Of a stretch of DNA of 64,000 bases, positions 1 through 8,449 are shown piece after piece; positions within the stretch are counted from its first letter, which is position 1; every line of letters starts with the position of its first letter. This stretch comes from a virus. Its lineage: Duplodnaviria; Caudoviricetes. The position numbers and the translations under genes were made by a program. The notes below the pieces were generated by a model. That model was not told where the DNA came from. It ran no database searches and was given only the letters and a program-made list of their open reading frames with translations. The stretch spans positions 1 through 64,000 of the IMG/VR virus record IMGVR_UViG_3300021311_000001, one strand, 5' to 3'.

Positions 1-35
1 TTAGATGGCGATTTTTGCTTCAACTTTTGAGTAAA

Positions 36-80
36 GAAAAAGCCCCGATTACCACTTTTTCAGCAGTAATCGGAACTTTT
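36..80 (-). terminator. terminator-like hairpin downstream of the tRNA fragment
   Basis: CCGATTAC (45-52) / GTAATCGG (66-73) inverted repeat flanked by A/T runs. Confidence 0.5.
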
Positions 81-127
81 TGGCAGGGGCAGAAAGATTC
101 GAACTCTCGACACGCGGTTTTGGAGAC
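81..127 (-). other. att core: 3' half of tRNA-Trp(CCA)
   Basis: Reverse complement GTCTCCAAAACCGCGTGTCGAGAGTTCGAATCTTTCTGCCCCTGCCA gives the anticodon arm, T-arm and 3' acceptor strand with CCA; the 5' half is absent. Confidence 0.85.
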
Positions 128-261
128 AGTATCCCCGTGTATTAAGTACGATTGTTTGAGTTTAAGTAGTACCTTTTAGTTTCACTTTTTACCCGATTTC
201 CCATATAATTCGTCAAAATCGTGTTTTTCGGAAAAATCGCCGTGCATTTTTTCTGCAAAAT

Positions 262-305
262 TGTTAGACGAACTGTTAGATGAAAAATGGGCTAAGTGTT
301 AGATG
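262..305 (+). repeat. putative integrase arm-type sites (TGTTAGAYG x3)
   Basis: TGTTAGACG 262-270, TGTTAGATG 274-282 and 297-305; partial TTAGATG at 1-7 on the other side of the core. Confidence 0.6.
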
Positions 306-331
306 GACGAAAGCAGCCATATCCTTTTCTT

Positions 332-424
332 TTAGTACCTTTGTTCCGCTAAAAGCTCATAAAAGAAATCGTCGTAGTCTGTCCCGTTTGTGTCCACCTG
401 ATTGCTCACGTTGTCGTCCTGCAT
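332..424 (-). CDS. 30-aa acidic peptide (not in ORF track)
   Basis: MQDDNVSNQVDTNGTDYDDFFYELLAEQRY; GGGAGG RBS and a consensus promoter upstream. Confidence 0.55.
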   Translation of the reverse strand: MQDDNVSNQVDTNGTDYDDFFYELLAEQRY

Positions 425-453
425 GTGATTTCCCTCCCGTTCACAACACAGTT

Positions 454-482
454 ATTATACTATATTATAATGTATATGTCAA
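454..482 (-). promoter_or_regulatory. sigmaA promoter
   Basis: TTGACA-N17-TATAAT; its spacer contains a 16-bp sequence repeated at 549-564. Confidence 0.75.
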
Positions 483-601
483 TTCCGATTGGAACTCTGG
501 TTTCATCGCCCGACTGTTCGGACGCTCAAACGAAAGCTCCATCTACTATATATTATAATGTATAGCAAAACTGCAAAAATAGCAGCTCTTATCCGTACGA
601 C

Positions 602-646
602 AAAAAAATAGGGGAGAAGCCGGCGCAATGCCAACCTCTCCCCTAA
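602..646 (-). terminator. intrinsic terminator of the lysis operon
   Basis: TAGGGGAGA...TCTCCCCTA stem followed by a T-run on the minus strand. Confidence 0.75.
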
Positions 647-658
647 ATCTTTTCAGCC

Positions 659-1123
659 TTACAGAAAATCGTTCTCACGCGCGCATTTCTCATAGACGTC
701 CTCAATGATCTTGATGCTCACGCGCGCCTTTTCGTTCTGGAAGTTCGGATGCTCGTCACAATATTTCACATAGTTGCTGATGTCCTCCAGAATGTTGTCA
801 AAGTGCTCGTGCGAGTGCCGATCACCGCGACGGATCTCGTCAGCAAAGCGCAGGATGCGCCGTCGTGCGTCAAGCGCCCTGTCGAGATCGCGCTGCGCGT
901 TCTGCTGCGCGTTCTGCTCCTTGATCTCGCCAATATCCTTCTTCACGCCGTCAAGCTCCGTGATAACGTCGCCGTTGATGAGCTTGCCAACCTTTTTCCC
1001 AAGCCAAGACCACGGACTGAACTTGACCTTGGACACCTCAATGCCGATCGAACCGAGAAACGCGGTCAGAGCGATAATGCCGCCCAAATGCGCAGTCGCC
1101 CATGCACAGATATTCTCAATCAT
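659..1123 (-). CDS. membrane-anchored coiled-coil lysis-module protein
   Basis: N-terminal hydrophobic helix; start MIENIC overlaps the upstream stop (ATGA); last gene of the operon. Confidence 0.6.
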   Translation of the reverse strand: MIENICAWATAHLGGIIALTAFLGSIGIEVSKVKFSPWSWLGKKVGKLINGDVITELDGVKKDIGEIKEQNAQQNAQRDLDRALDARRRILRFADEIRRGDRHSHEHFDNILEDISNYVKYCDEHPNFQNEKARVSIKIIEDVYEKCARENDFL

Positions 1124-1494
1124 GCCGCACCATCCGTTTCTTCGCCGCCCAATGCAGGAACAGCGGACGTCTGCGCATTTACGATCTTGCTCATCTCGCA
1201 CATGTCGTCAATGAGCTTGCCGATTGCATCAAGATCCACCTCGTAGTTGATGGACTCGGCCGCAGCCTTTACCATCGCCAAAACCCATTCCTTGCGATCT
1301 GCGCCACTCGCGAGCTTCTGCTCCGCCTCTGCCATCAGGTTGATGACAAGATCCATCATGCGCGACCAGTTCTTCTCCTTCGTCGCCTTCTTGACGTACT
1401 TGACCAGCTCATAAATGAGCGTGATCACGGCGGTCAAACTTGCGGCGATCGACGCGATCAGACTCAGAACCAGCTTGACTTCCTCCATGTTCAT
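1120..1494 (-). CDS. holin (LL-H-like)
   Basis: N-terminal TM helix, AEAEQ...GADRKEWV motif, next to the endolysin. Confidence 0.6.
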   Translation of the reverse strand: MNMEEVKLVLSLIASIAASLTAVITLIYELVKYVKKATKEKNWSRMMDLVINLMAEAEQKLASGADRKEWVLAMVKAAAESINYEVDLDAIGKLIDDMCEMSKIVNAQTSAVPALGGEETDGAA

Positions 1495-1544
1495 CCCTCT
1501 CTTTCCTTCGGGCAACAGCATCCGGTAGAATACCGCACCCTTAT

Positions 1545-1895
1545 TCAAATGCTCTCTTTGCTGTTATCGTCGTCCAATATCTGCGAATCCTCGACGACCG
1601 GCATGAAGTTGCGCGCTTGCGCAGCAGCGAACGTGATGCCAGCGCCGTCCGCGCCGCGATGATCGGACTTCGCGAGGTTCATGTAGAACGAACAGGCCGT
1701 GCCGTACGCGCTGTACGGAAGACCAACAAGCGCCGCGATCCACGGAAACGCGGCGTCGAAGCGCAGAATCGCGCACAAAAAAGCCAGCAAAAAGCCGCCT
1801 ACCGTGACGATCCACAGCAGCGGCACCATATCGTCAATGCACTTTTTGGAAAATTCCAGCGCTTTCTTTTGGACGCTTGTGCTTCTCTTTGCCAT
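1545..1895 (-). CDS. two-TM membrane protein, possible holin/antiholin
   Basis: LEFSKK followed by two hydrophobic segments; in the lysis cluster. Confidence 0.55.
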   Translation of the reverse strand: MAKRSTSVQKKALEFSKKCIDDMVPLLWIVTVGGFLLAFLCAILRFDAAFPWIAALVGLPYSAYGTACSFYMNLAKSDHRGADGAGITFAAAQARNFMPVVEDSQILDDDNSKESI

Positions 1896-1911
1896 ATCGC
1901 CCACCTGCCGA

Positions 1912-2736
1912 TCAGCCCAGATTGAGCTTCTTGCCATCCATCATGGCGCGCTTCGCCATAATTGCCGCCTGATAGCGCGGGATGAGCTGCATCGGGCGCG
2001 TGCCGTCCGTAATGCCGAGCCTTTTTGCCTCCTCCATCTCCGCCTCAGCCCATTTCGGAAGATCCTGCGTGGCAAAATACTCCTGCGCGCCGTTCACGAT
2101 CTCCGCCTTTTCCTCCGGCGTCAGACTTGCCAAAAATTCCTTCTTCGTCATATCCAACTCATCTCCTTTGTTGTGAGATTTCGCGTCGATCACCCAAAAA
2201 TACTTAGCCTCCGAGAAAAACGTGTCGGGATCGCCATTGGTGCGCCGGTCGGACGTGCTTGCCGGATCGTTGATCCGGATCTTGTTGTCCGCCCACCACA
2301 CCACAATGAAGTGACCGCCGCCAGTCCACGTCCCCCGAATGAAAGGATCAACGGATTTCGGTTTCATCAACGCGATGATGTAGTTGCCTTCTTCGAGCTT
2401 ACGAATGACTTTCTCACGCACGGGGCTGTTGCGGTTCATGCAAACCTCGTTTGTGAGCCGTTCGCATTTAAGCCCATACTGCTTGAACTGCTCTACGAAG
2501 TAATCGCGCGGCTGATAACTCGTACCCTGCTCCGCTACGACGTAGTTGTTCGCGCACGCCCATTCCATCGTCTCAGTCGGAAACACATCGCGCCCGATCA
2601 GTGTGGCGATCAGCATGGCGGCGCTGGTTTCGCCGCAGCCGCCTCCGCCGATGCTCATAGTGCCGCCGATGCAGGGATAGCGCTTACCGCTCCATCTTCC
2701 ATCGGTCTGCATATAGTAAACGGGCTTTTTGTTCAT
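1912..2736 (-). CDS. C39-like peptidase, putative endolysin
   Basis: Q..W, GCGETSAAM (Cys), GHFIV (His), INDP (Asp); C-terminal SLH-like WAEAE...LGITDGTRP. Confidence 0.7.
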   Translation of the reverse strand: MNKKPVYYMQTDGRWSGKRYPCIGGTMSIGGGGCGETSAAMLIATLIGRDVFPTETMEWACANNYVVAEQGTSYQPRDYFVEQFKQYGLKCERLTNEVCMNRNSPVREKVIRKLEEGNYIIALMKPKSVDPFIRGTWTGGGHFIVVWWADNKIRINDPASTSDRRTNGDPDTFFSEAKYFWVIDAKSHNKGDELDMTKKEFLASLTPEEKAEIVNGAQEYFATQDLPKWAEAEMEEAKRLGITDGTRPMQLIPRYQAAIMAKRAMMDGKKLNLG

Positions 2737-2804
2737 AGTCTCGCCTCCTCCCCGTTTTTGGAACGCGCGAGGCGCGGGATTTCTCCCGCGCCAGTCGCTT
2801 ATCC

Positions 2805-2963
2805 TTAATCGAGCAGTCTGGAAAACCGCTCGTTGACCTCGGCGCGTTCGTCCTCCAGAACAGTTGCGCCAAGCTGTTCGAGAGCCTTTGCCTGTTCCTT
2901 GATGATGCGGTTCTGCATCTCGCAGATCTTGCTCAGCTCTTCGATAATTTGCAGATTGCTCAT
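2805..2963 (-). CDS. 52-aa coiled-coil protein (not in ORF track)
   Basis: MSNLQIIEELSKICEMQNRIIKEQAKALEQLG...; starts 3 nt after the upstream stop. Confidence 0.6.
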   Translation of the reverse strand: MSNLQIIEELSKICEMQNRIIKEQAKALEQLGATVLEDERAEVNERFSRLLD

Positions 2964-2966
2964 GCG

Positions 2967-3161
2967 TTACGCCTCATACGGCTCACCGACGATCTCCTCG
3001 TAGCGCTCGGCGGTCATGCCGTTCTTGCCAGTCTCAACGTCACCGCGCAGAACGGTCTTGACGTCGGCCTTGCGGCTCTGCGGAACGTCGTCCCAAGTGA
3101 AATTGCCCGCCTCAAGACGGTTCGCCCAAATGCGTGCCATAGCAGAAATAGCCATAATCAT
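2967..3161 (-). CDS. small phage protein (CD1375-like)
   Basis: ARIWANRL...TWDDVP...VK pattern. Confidence 0.55.
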   Translation of the reverse strand: MIMAISAMARIWANRLEAGNFTWDDVPQSRKADVKTVLRGDVETGKNGMTAERYEEIVGEPYEA

Positions 3162-3176
3162 ACCCTCTCTTTCTTT

Positions 3177-3518
3177 TTAACCCATATCCATTTCGCACAG
3201 AGCGGCCTCGATCTCAGCCTTCCATGCCTCATTTGCCTCGTCGGATTCACACACGGCGGCTTCCAGTTCCGCGATGCTCTCGCCGTGCTCGCCGATAGTC
3301 TTGCCGGCGTCGTACTCGTTGAGTGTCACTTCGTCAAGATCCTCCATGTCGCGGCTCTTGCCGAGAGAGAACACACCAAGAGAAATGGCGATACCCGTGG
3401 CGTGCTCCTTCGTGGTGAGTCCCATATCCCCGTTGACAAGGCGCTTGATCCACGAGGGCTTGTCAACAAGAGCGATGGTCTCGCCATTCTTCTTCACTTC
3501 GTACATACTGTCTCCCAT
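3177..3518 (-). CDS. hypothetical phage protein
   Basis: Overlaps the RT1 stop; C-terminal EIEAALCE repeats. Confidence 0.6.
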   Translation of the reverse strand: MGDSMYEVKKNGETIALVDKPSWIKRLVNGDMGLTTKEHATGIAISLGVFSLGKSRDMEDLDEVTLNEYDAGKTIGEHGESIAELEAAVCESDEANEAWKAEIEAALCEMDMG

Positions 3519-4648
3519 CCTTTCCTGTTCGGATAGAACCCGAACAAAGTTTTGAAATACTGGTTGGTCTGTTCCATGATCCGGAAGCTGTCCCCACGCT
3601 TCATGTGTCCGAGATAGCTGTTATACGCGCATCTGAGATCGTCATACGTCATCAGCCCGTCAGCGATCCGGCCTTTGAACTTCCGCAGCTTGCGCCGCAT
3701 GATGATCGTCGCCCTGCGGCGCATCCTGATGTAGACGCGCCCGTTCTCGTCAAGCGTGAACTTCGTCTTGAGAAAGAAAACGCCCCGCCGAAGCGGGACG
3801 ATCTTCGTTTTCTTGTGATTCAATTCAATCTTGGATTCTGCTGCCTTTTCCGTAAGCATCCGATAGCAATATTCCAGATACTCGCGGCTTTCGTGGATCA
3901 AATGCCCGTCGTCCATATACCTGCCATATCCGCGTATGCCAAGCTGCTCCTTACAGAAGTGGTCAAGCGCGCTCGGTAGCAAAAGCGCGTTCGTCTGCGA
4001 CACCTGACTGCCAAGCCCCAGCCCGCAATCATGGAAATCGCTGATAAATCCATCGGATAATCTGCGAACGTCATCGTAGTAGAGCCGCCTCTTGGACTCA
4101 GCGAAAAGCGGCTCGTGCGCGGCGAGGTTGAAGTAGTCGTGGAAATCGTAGAACAGTACCCATCCGTCACGCCCGTGCTTGCGGTAATACTCCTTCAGAT
4201 GCCGCTCAAAGCGCCGCAGCGCGAAGTCCATACCTCGATTTTGGAGGCTCGCGGTATTGTCATAGATGAACGCGCCGGAAAACGACGGAACGATGCAGTA
4301 GTCGCAAAGGCACTTCTGCACGACGCGCTCCGTAATGTGGACGCTTCGGATATGCCGCAGCTTCCCTCGCTCCACCAGATCGAAGCAGTAGAATTTCCCG
4401 TGGCGGAACGTGCCGTCCAGGATCGCTTGTCTGGAACGCGCCGAGTTGACGATCAGGTTGCTCAGATACTTTTGCGTAGATGCCTTCCATCGGACGTTTT
4501 TCGCCGATTTCTTGCCGGACAGATAAAGATGACGGAACGAGAACACTTCGTCCATCGTTCCGCACGCTTTGCTCCGCGCGAAGCGTTGCTCATCCCGTTT
4601 AGCCTTACGCCTGCGGTAACGCGCTTCGCGTCTTTCTTCACTTGTCAT
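3494..4648 (-). CDS. DGR reverse transcriptase 1 (about 384 aa)
   Basis: ERGKLR, GLGLGSQVSQ, YGRYMDD; likely start MTSEERREARY; downstream of TR1. Confidence 0.95.
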   Translation of the reverse strand: MTSEERREARYRRRKAKRDEQRFARSKACGTMDEVFSFRHLYLSGKKSAKNVRWKASTQKYLSNLIVNSARSRQAILDGTFRHGKFYCFDLVERGKLRHIRSVHITERVVQKCLCDYCIVPSFSGAFIYDNTASLQNRGMDFALRRFERHLKEYYRKHGRDGWVLFYDFHDYFNLAAHEPLFAESKRRLYYDDVRRLSDGFISDFHDCGLGLGSQVSQTNALLLPSALDHFCKEQLGIRGYGRYMDDGHLIHESREYLEYCYRMLTEKAAESKIELNHKKTKIVPLRRGVFFLKTKFTLDENGRVYIRMRRRATIIMRRKLRKFKGRIADGLMTYDDLRCAYNSYLGHMKRGDSFRIMEQTNQYFKTLFGFYPNRKGWETVCTK

Positions 4649-4944
4649 GTATTCGATCTCCCTTTTCTGGGTTCTTTTGCCTCCCGTACAGCTGGAAAAA
4701 TGTGCGCGCGATAGCTGCGTAGCCTCAGTGACCATGAAACGGATATACGCACTTACCTCCGCCATGCAAGCACACCACGCATTTTTACCGCGTGGCGTGC
4801 CGAGCGCGCGTTCCTTACGCGATCGGCAGCGTCCGGTCAGAGGCATCGAGAGGCATGTTTAGCCTTGCGGCAAGGATCAAGCTCTCCTTCCATAAAAGTG
4901 CTCATTCGCCGTATTCGGTTACTTTTCTTGACTGTTTGCTTATG

Positions 4945-5080
4945 GAATCAGGGCGCGACGCCATTGGCGTTACTCGCGTTGTTATTGTTGGTGTTGCCGT
5001 TGCTGTTGACATTGCAGAAATTCGAGTTGCTGCCGTTCCAGTTATTCGGGGAACGCTCCCACCAGTAGTTCGCGGAACCA
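4945..5080 (-). repeat. DGR1 template repeat (TR1)
   Basis: 136 nt, ungapped alignment to 5632-5767; all 17 mismatches at TR adenines; AAC-rich. Confidence 0.95.
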
Positions 5081-5133
5081 CGGGCAGGCTGTCAGACCAC
5101 ATCGTAACGATTCAGAGCTTGTCCTGAATGGTA

Positions 5134-5562
5134 TCAATCGGGCAGATTTGCGTAGCGCGCTCTGTCTGCCTGTTTGACCTTTGCGATCAGCTTCGCTTCC
5201 TCGGCGATATACTTGCCGAACTGTTCCATCGCGTGATCTACCCACGGGAACTTTTCGGGATTCTGCAAGATCGCGTCGTAGAGAAGCTGCAGCTTTGGAT
5301 CAAGATTTTGGAGGGCGCAGTTCGCGGCGATCAGGTGGTCGCGGCGCATCTGAGCCTCGTGCTTGTTCAGCGGAATGATATTGTTCGCGGCGCGAACCTC
5401 GTCATGCACCGTTGAAGCAAGCGCGAAAATCTTCTCCGTCAGATAGGGCGCATAGCGTTTCGGCGCTTTGATGCAAACCGAAAGCGCAAACGCCTCAAGC
5501 TCTTTTGCGGTTTGGATAAACTGCATAGAGCTTTCGTTTCTTTTGGACTTGATAACTGACAT
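5134..5562 (-). CDS. avd: DGR accessory protein Avd 1
   Basis: 142-aa helical protein (MSVIKSKR..., AANNI) between VR and TR. Confidence 0.85.
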   Translation of the reverse strand: MSVIKSKRNESSMQFIQTAKELEAFALSVCIKAPKRYAPYLTEKIFALASTVHDEVRAANNIIPLNKHEAQMRRDHLIAANCALQNLDPKLQLLYDAILQNPEKFPWVDHAMEQFGKYIAEEAKLIAKVKQADRARYANLPD

Positions 5563-5581
5563 AGATCTCTCCTACGCCCTC

Positions 5582-5605
5582 TCCCGCCCCATAGGAGGGG
5601 CGGGA
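5582..5605 (-). promoter_or_regulatory. DGR1 target-recognition hairpin
   Basis: TCCCGCCCC-ATAGGA-GGGGCGGGA just past the target stop codon. Confidence 0.75.
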
Positions 5606-5622
5606 TGGACTTAGATAATAGA

Positions 5623-7881
5623 TTAAAAATTGAAGCAGGGCGCGACGCCACTGGCGCCACTCGCGTAGTGATTGCTGGCGTTGCCGTCGCTGCTGACATT
5701 GCAGAAAAACGAGCTGCTGCCGCTCCAGGTATACGGGGAACGCTCCCACCAGTAGTACGCGGAACCATTGACCTTCTTCACGCGATTGGCAGCCGTATCA
5801 TTGGCCTTGTACCACGCATAGCGCGTACCCTCGTTCGTTCCGCCCTTGGCGTAAGTGGCAGATCCGAAGACCTCCACCTCGGCAGGCAGGAAGAGCTTAT
5901 CCGCCGTCGTGTTGAGCGTCGCCGTGGAAACGTCCTTCGCCGTAGAAACGTTGACCTGCTTGATGGCGTTCTGCGCGCTCGACGGGAAGTAGCCGAGCAT
6001 CGTACCGCTCATCCACGTCCGAAGGTCGGAGTTGTGCCAGCCGTCTGTACTCGCCATGCTCGCTTTCATCTTCTGCGTGGTGTTGAAGCAGTCCACCATC
6101 TGCATGAGGATGCCGGCCTTGCCCGTAGTGGTAGCCGAACCGTATGCGGTCGCGCTCGTCAGAGCGTAGTGGTTGAAGCCCATCACGCGGAATGAGTAGC
6201 TCGTACCGGAAAGCGTGTAGCTGATAGTATCGCCGATAGAGATGTGGCGGTTATAAACACTCACCCACACCTCGCTCGTATTGCTGTTGATGGCGGAGTT
6301 GTTGGAGATGCCGTTTGCGATCTCGCTGATCTGCGCATCGGTCAAACCGGACAGACCGTTGGTATAAGTAACGCCTGCCTGGGCGGATGTGTACGCCACC
6401 GGAAGGAACTGCGCGTTGACCGTCACGGTCTTATCGCTCGGCGTGGTGTAGTTCGTGCAGCCGGTAACGCTGCACGTCACAGTAACCGTTCCGCTTTTGC
6501 CATTCTGACTCGTCACCGTCACGGTGTTGCCGCTCTTGGAAACCGTCGCGACGGTCGTGTCGCTGGACTGCACGCTGACCGTACCATCGTGCTCGCCTCC
6601 GATCGTAAACGTATCCGTGAGCTTGCTCGCGTTGAGCGTGATCGTGCTCTTGCTCACCGTCAATGTACCAGTCTTCTTCGCGATCGTCACGGTTCCGACA
6701 CTCACCGCCGCGACGTCGTTGACATTGCTGTCGCCCACAACGCGATAGCTCACGGCGTAATCGCCGGCTGCCGTCTCGGACGGACTGGTAGCCGCCCACG
6801 ATCCGGAATTGACCTTGTACTGCAGCGTGCCGTAGTTGGTGGAACCGTCCGTGGCGAGAAGCGCGTGCGCGCTGCCGTCGTATGTCGTGTCGCTTGCCTT
6901 GGTCGGCGCGGTAACGGTCGGCGTCACTTTACCGATCGTCCAATCCGGCGTCTTGGCGGAGGTCGTGCCGTCAGACCACTTATAGTCGTCCTTCGGCGTA
7001 AAGCTCGTGGTGTTGTAGGTGCCGGCGTTCGTCTGCCCGATCTCGGTCTTGGTCATCTTCGTGGCGTCCTCATCCGCCCACATCGGCGTCTGCGAGGTGC
7101 CGTCATAGGTCAGCGTCCCGCTCTGGGACGGCACCGTCGCGATGGTGAGTCTGTCAGCCGTGCCGCTCGTGCGGTTCGCGGTGTTGGTGTTGACCGCGCC
7201 CTCCGTGCTTGTCGGGAAGAACGTCACATAGTACGTCGTGCCGTTGGTCAGCCCCGTTGCCGTCAGCGGCGTCGAAGCGTAAGCGTTGCGCGTGTTGCTG
7301 GTAAAGCTCCACGCCGCGTCGGGGTCGTCCGGATCGGTCGCATAGGAACCGGCCTTGACGACGACCTTCGTGCTGCCCCACGTTGCGAGCGTCACGCCGT
7401 CCTGCACGACCGTCGCCGCAGGGTCAGTCCACTCGATCGCGAGCTTGCCGTTGCCGGCCGCGACCGCGCTCATGGAACTCACATTGCCGACCTTGATCGC
7501 CTCCGGCATCGCGTTGAACTCGTCGGCGGGATCGTCGGTGTAAGTCCCCGTGGTCGTATACGGGAACAGCTTGTAGTAATAGGTTGTGCCGTCCGTCAGG
7601 CCGGAATCGGTAAAATAGGTGTTCTGATAGGCGCTGCGCGTCTTGGAGTCCACCACGACCGTACCATCGCGGCGGCTCACGGGAGCACTGCCCGCCTTGC
7701 GGACGAGGATGGTGCCTTTCCACTCGGCAAGCGTCGTGCCGCCGACCACCACGTCTGCTGGGTCAGTCCACTTGACATATACCTTGCCGTGGCTCACCAG
7801 CGTCGTGATGCCGGAGCACGGTGCAAGCGTTACGCCGCCTCCGCCGCCGCCAGCGCCGGAAGGGAAATTAGAAGTAATCAT
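5623..7881 (-). CDS. DGR1 target: tail fibre/adhesin with FN3/Ig-like repeats and C-terminal CLec-like variable domain
   Basis: Two WTDP...TTYY repeats, Thr-rich Ig-like segments, KLFLP..EVFG, YWWERSP; start MITSNF after GGAGG. Confidence 0.88.
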   Translation of the reverse strand: MITSNFPSGAGGGGGGVTLAPCSGITTLVSHGKVYVKWTDPADVVVGGTTLAEWKGTILVRKAGSAPVSRRDGTVVVDSKTRSAYQNTYFTDSGLTDGTTYYYKLFPYTTTGTYTDDPADEFNAMPEAIKVGNVSSMSAVAAGNGKLAIEWTDPAATVVQDGVTLATWGSTKVVVKAGSYATDPDDPDAAWSFTSNTRNAYASTPLTATGLTNGTTYYVTFFPTSTEGAVNTNTANRTSGTADRLTIATVPSQSGTLTYDGTSQTPMWADEDATKMTKTEIGQTNAGTYNTTSFTPKDDYKWSDGTTSAKTPDWTIGKVTPTVTAPTKASDTTYDGSAHALLATDGSTNYGTLQYKVNSGSWAATSPSETAAGDYAVSYRVVGDSNVNDVAAVSVGTVTIAKKTGTLTVSKSTITLNASKLTDTFTIGGEHDGTVSVQSSDTTVATVSKSGNTVTVTSQNGKSGTVTVTCSVTGCTNYTTPSDKTVTVNAQFLPVAYTSAQAGVTYTNGLSGLTDAQISEIANGISNNSAINSNTSEVWVSVYNRHISIGDTISYTLSGTSYSFRVMGFNHYALTSATAYGSATTTGKAGILMQMVDCFNTTQKMKASMASTDGWHNSDLRTWMSGTMLGYFPSSAQNAIKQVNVSTAKDVSTATLNTTADKLFLPAEVEVFGSATYAKGGTNEGTRYAWYKANDTAANRVKKVNGSAYYWWERSPYTWSGSSSFFCNVSSDGNASNHYASGASGVAPCFNF
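5632..5767 (-). repeat. DGR1 variable repeat (VR1)
   Basis: Encodes GSAYYWWERSP...GVAPCF at the target C-terminus. Confidence 0.95.
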
Positions 7882-8014
7882 ATTGCCTGTGCCTCCTTTT
7901 TTCTTACGGTTTGGAAAACGAGGTCGATTTTGGAACGCCTCGTTTGGAGCATTTTGGTTTTTCAGGGCTGCGCCGCCGCGCGGCACTTCCGGAAATGTGC
8001 CGCCCGTACTGCCG

Positions 8015-8422
8015 TCAGCCCAGGAGCGTCACGACAAACGGAATGTCCAGATCGGGCATCTCACCGTCCGCCGAGATCGTAAGCTGCCCCGCCGCCTGTC
8101 CCGTAACGGCGAGCATTGCTTCCCGCGCGACCTGCCTCTGCTCAAACGTCGCGCTCTGGCTGACGTTGATGTCGCCAGCCTGACCGACCTTGAGACCTGT
8201 AACGGAGACAGTCTGCGTAAACGGAGCATCCACGCCGCTCCAAGCGTTCGCGCGCAGAACGCCCGTGACCTGCGTGCTGGAATCCGCCTTTTCGCCGAGC
8301 ACGCGGTCGATGATCTGCATATTGCTCGTTTCCGCCGTTCCGTTCATTTTTTGCCGCCACGTCAAGAACTTGGTCGTGGCGTCGTCCTCGGTATAAAGCC
8401 CGTAGTTTGTGGTTTGACTCAT
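8015..8422 (-). CDS. tail fibre adaptor-like protein
   Basis: C-terminal part resembles an internal domain of the DGR2 target (L..W...QTV.V.G...P..DIP). Confidence 0.6.
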   Translation of the reverse strand: MSQTTNYGLYTEDDATTKFLTWRQKMNGTAETSNMQIIDRVLGEKADSSTQVTGVLRANAWSGVDAPFTQTVSVTGLKVGQAGDINVSQSATFEQRQVAREAMLAVTGQAAGQLTISADGEMPDLDIPFVVTLLG

Positions 8423-8449
8423 GCTTCACCACCTTCTTCTTTTCAAAAA

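Noticed and set aside
81-160. Complete tRNA-Trp gene
   Set aside because: The D-arm and 5' acceptor strand are missing.
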